Source of the DNA: Felis catus
Taxonomy: Eukaryota
NCBI RefSeq assembly: GCF_018350175.1
Contig: NC_058373.1
Coordinates: 108,006,001 to 108,070,000, forward strand
Reading direction: 5' to 3'
DNA: 64,000 nucleotides
Positions 51,229-64,000 of the stretch are shown here, piece after piece; within the stretch, counting starts at the first letter, position 1, and every line of letters starts with the position of its first letter. A program made the translations under genes and the position numbers. The notes beneath the pieces are model-generated. The model did not search any database, had not been told where the DNA came from, and saw nothing but the letters and a program-made list of their open reading frames with translations.

Positions 51229-51386
51229 CAGGGCTGGGAGGAAAGTAAGCAAAGCAAGGGTCCAGGGAGCCAGATTTAAGGAGGCCCTCACTTTCGGGGC
51301 CGACCATGCATTCGAGCAACCCTGAGAGTGAGGGCCTCCTTAAATCTTTGTCCTAAACTCCTACTGGCCTCACCCTGACAGGCCCC
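51229..51386. mobile_element. MER96-like palindromic hAT MITE
   Basis: Perfect 21-bp inverted repeat at 51272-51292 and 51327-51347; termini CAGGGC...GGCCCC. Confidence 0.75.
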
Positions 51387-53789
51387 ATTGGTTCAGGATT
51401 TAGGGGAAGAGCTTGCAGGGGATTTCTGAGAAGCCCTGGGTCCTATCGCTGCATTTTGTTGCTTTACAAGGAAATGTCAACCCTTTCCAGCAAGAGCTCT
51501 AGCCCATAAGCGTGAGTCAGAAGAGACTTCAGCAGGCCAGGTTTTCCTGAAATGTAAACTTGTAGCGGTTTCCTCTAGAAGGCCACACTCAAAAATTTTT
51601 AAATGTTTGGGTTCCTGATTCTTCTTTTCAGTTGAGGCTGGTGATGTTTCAGTAGCTGCTAGTCCCTTGGCAACCCATAACTTCTGTACCAAAGTCAAGT
51701 ATGGTTTAAACTTTCTGAAAATGTAAGGAAAATATGTGCTTCACTTCTCTATGATTTTATGGATTCTCATCCCCTTTCCTCCCCCTCCTCCTCCCTACTG
51801 CTTTCTGCCCTTTCTGGCCAGAAATCTCACACCCCATGACTGGCAGTCTGGTCAGAAAGGCACACTGGAGACAGCGTCTAGGACAGCTTGTCCAGGAACA
51901 ACCAAGGCCAGCTTCAGGAGGCCAGCTCCTTACACCGTCTCTTCCTTCACTGGCCTCCAAGTTCCGTGATATCATTAGCGATCTGCCTCCGCCCCTCTGG
52001 TACTGGCTGGTGGCCAGATCCTTTAGGCTGATTCCCAAAGGCTCTGTGAGTTTTAAAACAGTAGGGAAAGAAACTGTAATTTTCCAGTGCTGAAAAAGGA
52101 TGCTAGTGGTTGATGGAAGCTTCCAGCACAGCCAAAATTAACTTCTTTCTATTGTGATAATTGAATGATTTTCAATGATGTTCTTCTTATAATTGGGTTC
52201 AAAAAGTACCTTCTCAGAGGAAAATTTGGAAGAGAAAAATGCAAGGCAAAGGGTAAGATAGGGCAGTGTTTGCAGCAATTTCCTGGCAATATCAAGATCA
52301 CAGAATTACATGGGTGTATCTCACTTGGCTTAATAGCTATGTCCCTGTAAACTTTCACATAAATGGAATTTTTTAAAAAATTAAATCACTATACACGGGG
52401 AAAGATTGTCAAATAAAGGAAGGCTTAGGTGCTATACTTTATAAAGTAAATTATCCTTAGATAATGTACCTTATCCCTCCCACGCACACACACTGATCTT
52501 TTTTACAAGTTTGAATTTTTCACAGGCTGGATTTCATGAGCTCTGAGGTCACAGTTGTTCTCAGGCTCTTCAACTGAACTTTTCATAATGTTCTCTGAGG
52601 AATGAGTAGCTGCTGGGTTCTGTGGGAACTTTTAAGCTGAGAAAGTCATCCCTGTGGGTAAACTGACCCAGAATCCTCCTTGTCTACCTCCACGGTGACG
52701 TGGCCTCTTGAGTATCCAGAGAAATTGGAAACGCTGATGGGGATATGCTGAAGCTAAATGGTGGCAAATTCAACATGAAAAGCAGTATGGTCTCATGGAT
52801 AGTCTGTGACCAGACTGCTCTGACTCTACCTCTGTCCTCTAGCTGGGTGACTCCCTGAACCTCAGTAGCCTTATCTGTAGAATGGGGCGAACCTAATGGT
52901 ACTATCTCAAGGTAACACCTGGCACTTTTAGATGCTCAAAAAGTGGTAGCTATTTTTAACTTGCCTGGGCTAGCTCTATTAGCGTACAGGGGAAAAATAT
53001 CAAAAGACCAAAGATGCTTATGTCTACTGATAAGTGCTGGTCCATGCCAGATACATGCTGAATACTTTCATTTAATCCTTATATCACATACACAACATCG
53101 TTAATATTATCCTTACTTCCCAGTGAAAACTAAAGCTCAAAGAAGTTAAGCAATTTTCCTTATGTGACACAGCAAATAAAGGACAAAGCAGGTATTTGAG
53201 AGTAGTGCTATTGTTCCTTCCACTCTTTCTCAGACCTGAGACCAAAACCCAAAAGCGACTTTTCAAAGATGAAGGTTTAGGACCTGGAGGGTATTTGGAC
53301 TTAGAAGTAAAATTGGTTCAGGAAGTTCAATCAAGAAAGGAATAGAGGGAAATTCTTTGATTTATTCCATAAAGATTGATTGAGAATCCACAGAATGCCA
53401 GCACTCCAGCAAAGATGGATAAGGCCTCACCCCTGGCCTCAAAGTCCACTGGGGAGATAGTCATGCAAAATTACAATAAACCCCAGCCAGTGGTAGGATT
53501 TGGGTGTGAACAATGTGCCGTTGGATCCATAAATTTAAAAAATGACCAACTTTACCAAAGAAGGCTTCCAAGGAGAGGTGACATTTGAAGGCTTTACAAG
53601 TATCTTATTTAATCTTCTAGTACTGGGGAAGCAGGCAAGGTATGTCCCTGGGGCAGAGACAGCTAGGTACCCAGCTAGGATGTAAAGTCCCCTTCTCACT
53701 TGTAAAGGGAAGCCTGACTTCACCCGAGCAGGCAATACGGACAGCTCAAAGTCTATATTTTTCTACATTTTCCAGACTCTTTTATAGGC

Positions 53790-54170
53790 CGCTATCCCCA
53801 TAAAATGGAAGCAGAGGTCACTGGGTAAGACTTCCAAATAAGCTTCTTAATAAGGTTATGGGCTTATGTGGGCTTTTTTTCTTACTCTTTTCCTCTGTTT
53901 CCTGCCACCTGCCTAGAGTACAGATTTGATGGCTAACGCTCCAGCACCAACTCTTGTGACCTTGAGAAAGGAGGCCACAACCTACGGATGGCAAGGCAGA
54001 AGGACAGAGGAGCCTGGGTCCTTGATGACCATGACTTTCTGTACCAGCATCACACTGCCTCCCTCCAGGCACGTCTGCCTAAATGAAGGAAAAACAAACT
54101 TCTATCTTGTTTAATCCCATGTTATTTCTGGTTGTTGTTATTAGCATCTGACCCACTCCTTAACTGGCAG
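53790..54170 (+). mobile_element. Old MLT1-type LTR
   Basis: 'ccagcaccaactcttgtgaccttgag...ggagcctgggtccttgatgac...cttctatcttgtttaatccc...cctaactggca'. Confidence 0.6.
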
Positions 54171-56289
54171 ATGCCCCTGAGGTTATTGGTGCCTGACTCT
54201 CCAACCCCCATTCTTACCCACCACCCTGTACTGTGGGGCAAACCTGTAGTCCTAATGCAACCGAATAGCCTAGAGTATTTCCTTGAAATTCTAATCTCTT
54301 TTGTCAACTGGCCCTGGAAGCAAGCACACAGCCTGATACACAGCGGGACTCAGTAGTGTATGTTGAATGAACACAGTGAATAACTGTCCCTCAACCACTT
54401 CCCCAATGAACTATTTTTCTGAGGGGCTGTGGAATGATCCCTGCTTCTCAGATTTCCCCAGGCTGGTGTCAGGATGAAGTTTGTGAGAAATCTGAAGTGC
54501 TTGGAGATATGTTTTTTTTTTTTTTTGAGGCAAGAATAAGTTAGAAATCAGAGATAATAAAAATCTAAACAAAGATATACATAGAGATTCCTTTAATTAG
54601 GTAAAATTCTTTTAATGGTAAAGCAAAAAAATAAATGGTATGAAAGTAAGAGTTGTTATCTCAAGTCCCTTTTACAAAAAACTATTTACTGATTGCAAAA
54701 ATAACAGACATGACTATAAAAAATTCAAAGTCCTCTCATAACTCTTTCTATATAACAGACTGATAAACATCCTTTCCACTCTTTTTCTATACATAAAAGC
54801 ATTAAATATAAATGGGGTTATAAAAATGAACTCACAGTGTGTATACTATTTTGCAACCTTTGTTTTTTTCACTTAACATCATATCTTAGACATTGCTCCA
54901 CATTTTGCATTTAGATTAATCTGGTTCTATTTAAGGCAGGAGAGTATTCTGTATTCCAATGCTCCCCCTTTTTAAAAATGTGTCTGGCTTTATCTTTGAC
55001 CTTGTGCTGTAAAGCGTCACCAGGTGTTTACAAGAGGTGGTTGATGAGAAGGACATCAGAGATTAACTCACCCTTAACTGCAGTGAGCTGGTTCCTGGAG
55101 TTGTCAGGCTGACAAATGTTCAGTTCTGGAAAAAAAACAATATGCCAGGATCAATGTTTTATGAACAGAAGGCCATGAAGCTCCGAGCTAGGAGCAAACA
55201 ACTTGGGCTGGAAAGGAGAGCTGATATGCTTCTTGGATCCCTGAAAACAGCTCCCTCTGAAGCCTTCCTGGCAACTGAAGGCACAGATGCTGGCCTGGGG
55301 TTGGGATTTGGGTCACCTGAGAAGCAGGTATCATTCTTCAACTTCACAGAAAATCAGTTCTTGATTGACCTTCTCCTAGAGCATTGAGAACTTGCGGAGT
55401 GCTGGGTAGTCACCATCCTGGGCTCAGGTAGTAGGGAGAAAGTGGTCAAAAAAGGAAGCCAGCAGGCGTGACCTCTGTGCTGGGACATTTGGCTCTCGAT
55501 GGGGACATGAGCAGTAGGACTCACTCCCACCACTCCATCAAAATTAAATATACGCACAGTCCACACAATTATCCGGAACCCATACATCAACCTGATTACA
55601 GCTACTGTAACCTGAGCTTGCTTGGTAAATGTTGAGAGCAGCTGCTATGAGTGTGGGTAGGCAGCTGGGCTCAACCAAGAAGACTTTGGGGAGGATGGGA
55701 GTTAATCATCCAGCAGGATTTGAAAAGAGGGAAGGAGGCCCAGAGGTCAGAGCCCAGCGGCACAGATGCACATACCTGTGGCAGAAGCTGGATGTGGCCA
55801 TGGCTGTGGCTATACAGAGGCTGTGTTGGTGGCGGTAGCAGTGGTTCTGGCTCAGCTGTGGCAGGAGGGGTAGGGTAAGGGTATTAAGAAAACCAACAAG
55901 GGAATTAGTTCAGGAAGGAAGGAGAGTTTAACATGGACTGCAAGGAACCTGGGGGGTGGGGCAGGTAAAAGAGTGCAGGTGCCACCGACTTTTGAACCTG
56001 TGTTGGGGAGATTGACTTGAATAGATCGGCAATAGGGAGCAGCCGTGTCTTGGGCTGAGCCATCCCTGAGGAAAACCAGGCAGGTCATGGCTGCACCTTC
56101 TGAGTCCCTGTGTGCCGTGCGCCTGTAAGGAAGCTGCTCCACCTGGAACCTCACCGCCCCGCTCTTGTGCAAACTGGTAATACACACCCAGTGTGTATCC
56201 ATTATTACTGACTCACTGGTAAAGTAGTTCAGGATTTTCTAGCTGACCAGCTGGCCCAACTAGCATTTCTTCCTCCAAGATGGCAAAGC

Positions 56290-56876
56290 AGCCAAGCCTG
56301 ACTTCCAGTCCAGAGTGTCAGTGTCCTCCAGCCAGAGAGCACCAGGATCACCTGGAGCTGAACAGTGTTGGGGTTACCGACCAGTTGCAGCGAGGGCTAA
56401 CACACAGCGTGGGGAGCCGTGGGGTGTCTCAGTGAGAGGATATGACAGAGAACTTACAGGAGTTAGCTTTGGCTCAGGTGATATTGGGGAGGGTTCAGAG
56501 AGGCGGGATTTTGCTCTGGATTGGGTGTTATCAGAAGCAGGGGTAATTCTATGGGTATCTTGATTATTCTTACATAAAAGGCTAAGAGGAGGGAGACAAG
56601 GCTAAAGCTATAGTTGGTAAATATCAGTCACACATTTTAGCCAAGAAAGGGGTATCTTTGGTCATTTTTGTGGTTTGGACAATGTTCTTATTTTTGTCTA
56701 GGTCCAGGCATGATTATGGAGGAATCTTGTTTTGCTTTGCTTCATCAGGGTCACAGAGCGGCCTTGGCTGATACTGGAGTTCTATGGAAATATTTCTGTT
56801 AAACATGAGAACATCATGGCCAAGCTGTGAGTGCCAGGCTAGGTCCTAGATATTGGGGGCTGTTTTCTCTTTCTCA
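56290..56876 (-). mobile_element. ERVL-type solo LTR (MER54/MER74-like; family uncertain)
   Basis: Minus-strand start TGAGAAAGAGAAAACAGCCCCC; LTR-like body. Confidence 0.55.
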
Positions 56877-57661
56877 ACTAGAACTGAGCCCTGTGTCTAA
56901 AGACAGCCAGGAACCCTGGAGTGGAAAGAATCTGAAGGCTTGCAATGTTCACATCTTAAGCAGAAACTCCTTCTGGAGGGCTGGAGAAGAGGCTTAGAGA
57001 AGCCAGGTGCTCCTGATTTAAGGCTGCCTCTGGTCTCATCATTCAGTCAACAAATATATACTGAACAGCTAATATATTCAGGCACTTGGGATAGAGCCGT
57101 GAGCCATATAGTTTTCGTGGTGTGGGTGTTTTACTGAGGGGCACCAGAAAATAGGGGTGGAGAAAGAAGAAGATAGTCTTAGGTAGTGATAAGGAAAGTT
57201 AAAAAGAAAATAAAATTCACTGATGGAGTTGAAAATGGCTTGGGGTCCACTTTGGAGAGATGACCAAGTACATCCTCTCTGAGGAGAGATGAGAGGTGCG
57301 ACGTGAAATTTTGTGGTGAGAGTATTTCAGGCAGAAGAAACAGGATTTGCCAAGGCTTCTAGGAACAGCAACAAGGTGTGTGTTCCTCTGTAGTGTAGTG
57401 AGTGAGGGAGAAATAGGCTAAGGTCAGAGAGGTGGGCTGGGTCAGGGAGCTAGAGGCCAATGGAAGACTCTAGAGGCAAGAACTGCAGGACCTCACACCT
57501 CCTTCAGAGACAGCAGAAGTTTGTGACATATTAATCTCTCTCTACATCCTAAGGCCTCTTACCTGCCACACCCCTTCCCTCCAAGCCTGGGGGGATACAC
57601 CAGATACATCAGAAATGGTCTGAAATTCTCCTTACCTACAGAAGTCAATCATTGCTTAGAG

Positions 57662-57895
57662 TAGTATATTCATTTTCCATTTCTGCTGTACCAAATTACG
57701 ACAACTTAGTTGGTTCAAACAACACAAATATATTACAGTTCTTGAGGTCAGAAAGCCTAAAATCAAGATGTTGGAAGTGCCATGTTCCTTTTGGAGGCAG
57801 TATCTGCTTCTTCTGGAAATATCTTTCTTCTAGAGTCTGCCTGCATTTCTTGGTTTGTGGCTCTTCTATCTTCAAAGCTGATGACAGAATATCTT

Positions 57896-57947
<52 letters not shown>

Positions 57948-58195
57948 CTCCCCCCATCCAAAATCCTGCTTCCATCATCACATCCTGTTCCTTGACTCTG
58001 ATTCTCTGGCCCCTCTCTCATAAGGACCCTTGTGTTTACATTAGGCCCACTCAGATAATTCAAGATAATCTCCCAATCTTAAAATTCTTGACTTAATCAC
58101 ATCTGCAAAGTCTCTTTTGCCACATAAGATAATATACTCACAGGGTTTGAAGATGAAGACTTGGTCATCTTTGGGGAGCCATTCTGTCTACCACA
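57662..58195 (-). mobile_element. MLT1C/D-type LTR containing a (CT)n microsatellite at 57900-57944
   Basis: 'tgctgtaccaaattacgacaacttagttggttcaaacaacac...taaggacccttgtgtttacattaggcccac...ccattctgtctaccaca'. Confidence 0.8.
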
Positions 58196-59225
58196 GGTAG
58201 TCACGTGGGGAGCAGAGAAGTGAAATTTGCCCCAAGCCATTCTACCAATGGGATGAATACTTGCCCCACCTACCTCAGGAAGTTGTTGTAAGTAACACAT
58301 GAATTAATGTGGCCTAATTGGAAGAATAAGAAGTACCATAAAATCTAAGGAGCAATTATGAAGTATTATGAATCCTAGGAAACATGAATGCAAAACAGGT
58401 GTTATATAGTAATAGAAAACTCTAGAACTGAAAGAGCCAGGTTTGAGTCCTGCTGTCCAAAATACTTGCTGCATTACCTTGGACAAGTGGGTTAATGTCT
58501 TTGAGTTTCATTGTGTATAAAATTTGGAAAATGCTATCTTCTGATAACAATATTGTTATGAGTTAAAACCAGGTAACATAGGCAGGGGTGCTTTGTGAAA
58601 TGCCACACAAATGTTCTTCGTTCAATATTTCATAGGCAAGCACCCAAATACTTTTTCCCAGATGCACAGTGGAACCAGGCAGTAGAGTAGCACCTATCAG
58701 ACCAATACCAACAGGTTTTGAATCTCCACTGTACGGAGTGCATGAGAAATAAGGAGGAGACAATAAACAAAGGGCCTCTCTCATTCTCTCTCTCCTCAAC
58801 TACTGAGGGGTCAAAAGGTGGCAGGAAGAAAACCGTAGCATCTAAAATGGTTATTCAGAAAAACACAAAATATGCCTATTGAGAATACAGACTCTCCTGG
58901 CAATGAAGAGATTTAAGTTCAATCTGATATTCTCTGGAAAAATCATATTTAAAACATTAAAGTAAGTTGCTCAAGAACTGCCTTATTCATTCAGCACCTT
59001 TTATGTGACCATGTGCATAGCACTTGATTGTAAATGTGCATGCAATACATGCTTTCTGAGTGTGGTCTGTAGACCCACAAATACATGCATTTATTCAGTG
59101 TGCCATTATTCAGCACTGACCTACACACTAGATACTGTCCTTGGTGTTGGGGACACAATGGGAATTAAAGATAGAAAACCTCCCTACCCTCATGGAACTT
59201 CTAGGTTAAGAAGATGAATATTCAT

Positions 59226-59437
59226 GGGGTGCCTGGGTGGTTCAATCGAGTAAGGCTCCATCTTGAGCTCAGGTCATGATCTCACAGCTCATGAGTTTGA
59301 GTCCCGCATCTGGATCTGTGCTGACAGCTCAGAGCCTGGAGTCTGCTTCAGATTCTGTGTCTCCCTCTCTCTCTGCTCCTCTACCCCCTCGTACTCTGTC
59401 TCTCGCTCTCAAAATTACACATTAAGAAAAGTTTAAA
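59226..59437 (+). mobile_element. Can-SINE within an L2 relic
   Basis: AAGAAGATGAATATT duplicated on both sides. Confidence 0.92.
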
Positions 59438-61204
59438 AAGAAGATGAATATTTATCAAACAATTCCACAACTGAATGTAAAATTAAACCAAAATCTTTCA
59501 ATGGCAAGGTTCAAGATGCTATGGGAGCTTACCAAAGGAGTCCCAACTTGACCTCTAAAAATTAACAATTGAGCTGAGATCTGAAAGCTGAGAAAATGTA
59601 TTCAGAGGAAAATTGAGGAGGGAACAGCTTTCCAGACTGAGGGAAAGTCTGCACATGCAAAGGCAAAAATGAATGGAGTGTTTGAAGGCCTGAGAGAAGG
59701 CCATTATGTCCAGACTATGCAAGTGGGAGGGACGGTCATCAAGATGTGGACTTGAGAGGAGGGCAGGGTAGTGCCAGCTACAAGGATCACTATGTAAACA
59801 GGTGCAGTGACTGACAAAGTCACGACATAGTGTTTCATCCAGTCCCAAACTTTGTTTTGATTTTAATATTCTTAATGAGAATCCTATCATTGTATGTTCA
59901 TAACCTGAAAAATTCTTTAAATAATTGATTACATGACATAGTTGCTACTAGGATAAAAGGCACATTAAGTTAACTCTCATAGGTGCAGGAATGGTGCCCA
60001 GGTTGACCTTAGGTGTCCATCCCTGGTCCCACAGACTGGCTGCAAGACAGGATACTGAGACCAGAGCAGCTGTTAGATCACTAATAGCAACTCTTGCCTC
60101 AATCTTGCGCTTTTCCAAGCATCTCACATAATGATCAGGTTTGACTTCCACAAAGTAGCTATAAAGATAGTGTTTTAACAGTAGGGAGAACGTCCGATGA
60201 CTTACCACAAGTCACATGGGGACAGAGGTGACACTTGAATCTGAATTCACTGCTTCTAGATAAAAATGGTTTTCCCCATAGACCACCACTGAGTCACTTG
60301 CACACTCTCTCTGACATCCTTAAAGTCATAGAACTCTAGAATTTTCAAAATTGATGGGAATCCTGAACATCAGCCAACTTATTCAATTCTCTCATTTGGA
60401 AATTCCAGGAAGTCTGAAATTTTTGAGAAGCAATAATATTTCAAAAAGGACTAAAAGTGCTATTTTCCACAAAAGGAAGAGAGAAGTCATTGTTCTGGTC
60501 TTTTCTAGTGACTCATTATTGGCTTTCTTATATGTGATATAATAGGAAGACTGTTCCGTCACTAATCAGCTATGACCTTTCAAACTAGATCTCTTTCCCC
60601 ACATATTCTCCATTTTGTCACCCTGAAATAAAAACAGTGACCACAACTAAGGATATCAAGTTCATCTTGCATCATAACCCAGCACATACACATACACGCA
60701 CACACATGCAGAACTGAAACAAAAGTTCCAAGAATCTGTACTTACTCTCACTAGTGCAATGCATACTTTTCTGTTCTACTTTTCAGAAAAGATCTTTGCA
60801 ATCTACTAAATTGATTTTACTACCCACTAAAATTTTAAATCCTAACGTTGACAAACACTGGACTGGACACCCTCTGAGGTGCTTTCCAGCCCTCAATCTC
60901 TGATCCCCCTTGGGGCTTCTCAGAGTCTCTGTGAGGTTTCTTTCTAGGAAGGCAAGTGTCTAACCCCCCTGATCTGTCAGCTGCAGGGATGACTCGGGGG
61001 TTGACGCTATCTATCAGTCCTTTGGCCTCACAAACTACTAGTGGTTTGGGGGCAGTTTGTCCCCACATGAATAAACAAAGCACCAAACAGGACCTCTGAC
61101 CACAGTCAGCCAACATTAGGTAGAGAAAGGTCCATATCCAGAGTCAAACTGCAGTTAGAGAATTTTGCTAGTTTCTGCCAGCTCCCCACCCCAGATACCT
61201 ACAG

Positions 61205-61412
61205 ACCACGTACACACATACCACACACCTTACCCATGCACATACACCACACACATCACACACAAGCACACAGACCCCATACACAATTTACACACACATA
61301 TACATACCTTGCGTACCCCACACTCACCCATACTCACCCACACACATCTCACACAACACACACATACATTCATAGACCCCACGCACATCTTATACACACA
61401 TACGACAAACTT

Positions 61413-61454
<42 letters not shown>

Positions 61455-61457
61455 ACC
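61205..61457. repeat. Degenerate CA-rich low-complexity tract ending in (CA)n
   Basis: Directly visible. Confidence 0.9.
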
Positions 61458-61902
61458 AAAAAACTCTTGAGAGTCCCCAGAATTCCTCAGTTATAAAGAA
61501 GGAAATCCTATAATTTGAAGGTGAATGAGTCAGAAGAAAAGAATTTAAAGTGAATTATAATCACTCCTCAGCATAATAGAATATTTTTAACAGTTGAGAA
61601 AATGTGCATAAAAGTATACGGACAATTCAACAAAGACACCACTGAAGTAGCACTTTGTTTTTAAAAGTATACTCTTTTTTTAAAAACCAAATACTTTTAG
61701 TATGATATTTGAATTTTCCTTTTATGACTGCTTATTTTTAATGTTATATGTTAATTTGTTACCTTGTTAATTTGTGAGAGCTTAATACGGTGTATTTAAT
61801 GTTTTTATCCTTAAGAACTTACACATTTGCTTAATGTTCTGAAGCAGGCTTATAAATGTGCCCTTTCAAAAAGCATCACACATATTGTTTCACTGTGTTT
61901 TC

Positions 61903-62129
61903 TTTTTCTTCTTTTTTTAATTTTTTTAACGTTTATTCATTTTTGAGAGACAGACAGAGACAGAGTGCGAGTGGAGGACAGGCAGAGAGAGAGGGAGACA
62001 CAGAAACTGAAGCAGGCTCCGGGCTCTGGGCTGTCAGCACAGAGCCCGACGTGGGGCTCAAGCTCACAGATGCTGAGATCATGACCAACCGAAGTCGGTT
62101 GCCCAACCACTGAGCCACCCAGGTGCCCC
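61903..62129 (-). mobile_element. Can-SINE
   Basis: Ends 'gagccacccaggtgcccc'; TCAC..TGTTTTC duplication. Confidence 0.92.
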
Positions 62130-62984
62130 TCACCGATGTTTTCAATTTTATAAATTCTGAATATTCTGATAACGATATCAATCCCGGGAGTTAACTAGTA
62201 AGCGAAGTAAATCACAAAATCCTGCTATTACCATTTTGCCTTAGAATTGCCATCAGCTGCAGGCTTGTTCCCAAGCCCCATGGCACTTCCCAAGAAGCCT
62301 TTGGCACCCGTTCTAGGACTTGGCTTCTGGAAAGCTCTCAAGAAATGCCTGGTGAGACAATGGCTGAAAAAGAACAAGGGGGTAGGCAGAGAGCATAGGA
62401 AAAGAGAAAAAGAAGGAAGAAGAGAGAGAGAAAGGTAAAGGAAGAAATGGAGGGAATGAGAATGGGGCAGGGCAGATAAAAAGAGTGAGATAGACAGAAG
62501 GAACTGTATGTTGCTTCTGTCTTAGATGTCTGTTCTGTGTGGAAAATGGAAATCAAAAACCATTTCTATGACAAACCTTGTTTAGAATATTACTGCTGGA
62601 ACCCACCTGGTGAAGTGACAGCTTTGTGGGAAATTCACTGGAAAATTTAGCTTTCCATCTGCAATAGAGGAAGCAAATTCTTGCTGAGACATTTGACAGA
62701 CACACAGCTGTTTAGTCTTGGACATTATTTCTCTGTGCACTTTGCTATGGTAACGAAAGCCATGTCATGGAAATATACACATCACTTACCTACCATGGTT
62801 TTCTAAGGCTCATACTTGAGTTTTGGAAGGAATGTTACAGTTTTGCTTTTTCACTTAACAATGAAAATAAATAAATACTGCTTATTTTTGAATAATCAGA
62901 AAACACAGATAAGCATAAATAAGAAAGTAAAGATTACCTATTATCCAAAACATTCAGAGATAGCTATTCACACTTGGTGTTCTA

Positions 62985-63900
62985 GATTTTATTTTGAATG
63001 CAAACATGTAGAAAATATACGTATATATGATCATACTGTATGTTTTATTATATAATCTTCAGTTTCACTTAATATATTGAGAATATCTCTGCCATATTTT
63101 CAATTATTGCATAGGTCTCTCTTCTGCTATTGACAAATATTTAGGTGTGCCAAATTTTTTGTTATTATAAATGACACACTAAAGAATATTCTTGAACAGG
63201 CATTTTTGTGCATTTATCCTGTTATTTCCTTAGGATAAGTTCTTAAATGTGAACATTTAAATGTCAGCGTGCACACCTTAAAGTGCTGTATCAATTTGCC
63301 AAATTGCCTTCCAGAAAGTCGGAACCAATTTACATTCCCTTTAAAGTGTATAAATGCCCTATTATCTCAAGCCCTCATCAACACTAGTTATTATCATTCT
63401 TTTTAAAAGTTTCCAGTTTTATAGGTTAAAAGATATTTTCATTTTTGTTTTAATTGGCATTTCATTTATTACCAGTGAGGTCAAATGTTTTTTATGTTTA
63501 TTGGCCATTTGCATTTCTCTTTTTTGTGTAACTTGCCTGACCAGGTGCCAACTATATTTTCCTAATGGGTTTTTTATCTTTTCATTGATTTCTAAGAGTT
63601 CTTCATAATTCAAAAATATTAACCCTTTGCTGTCATGTGTGTTGTGAATTTTTTTCTCAGCTTTTCATAACTTGGACTATGTAGTTTAGATGTGTAGAAG
63701 TTTTGGTTTGCCTTAAGTGACCAATATGTTAATAATTCCCTTTTATGTCTTACCTTTGAATCATGATCAGAAGGGTATTTCACATTCCAGAATTATATAA
63801 TTTTACCTATGTTTTTTTCTCTTTTCCCTTGTTTTTTACTTTTATATTTTTAAGCCATCTGAAATTTACTTGACATGTCATGTGAGGTAGAGATCCAAAT
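62985..63900 (-). mobile_element. Old L1M ORF2 3' end and 3'UTR, antisense
   Basis: Minus-strand peptide 'MQMANKHKKHLTSLVINEMPIKT', homologous to the L1 ORF2 C-terminus. Confidence 0.75.
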
Positions 63901-63903
63901 TCT

Positions 63904-63965
63904 TTTTTTTTTTTTGAAGTTTATTTATTTATTTTGAGACAGAGAGACAGCATGAGCAAGAAAGG

Positions 63966-64000
<35 letters not shown>
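63904..64000 (-). mobile_element. Can-SINE tail, truncated by the window edge
   Basis: T tract, 'tttatttatttattttgagacagagagacagcatgagc', (GA)n. Confidence 0.85.

Overview
This is mammalian genomic DNA, almost certainly a felid (cat family), judged from many tRNA-derived Can-SINEs of the Felidae type and feline-type L1s. I cannot support any intact protein-coding gene: the supplied ORFs are transposon remnants, microsatellite read-throughs or chance ORFs. Positions ~8.3-25.7 kb are one old, apparently full-length L1 carrying nested insertions: a 5'-truncated young L1, a near-full-length Tigger1 (itself holding an L1 whose 5'UTR is fused directly to its 3' end, which in turn holds a SINE), a twin-primed 5'-inverted L1 and several SINEs. 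Positions ~27-42 kb are repeat-poor and regulatory-looking, with a candidate minus-strand first exon at ~28.7-28.9 kb, a STAT/CEBP/AP-1 motif cluster, a CpG-rich patch with NF-kB and Sp1 sites, and isolated candidate exons. Positions 42.5-64 kb hold old L1/L2/MLT/MER relics, young SINEs and a ~630-bp polyadenylated retrocopy of an unidentified transcript. I found no convincing new biological system. The best leads are unusual retrotransposition products and the orphan retrocopy. Repeat family names are recalled from consensus sequences, not from a search, and boundaries of old elements are approximate.
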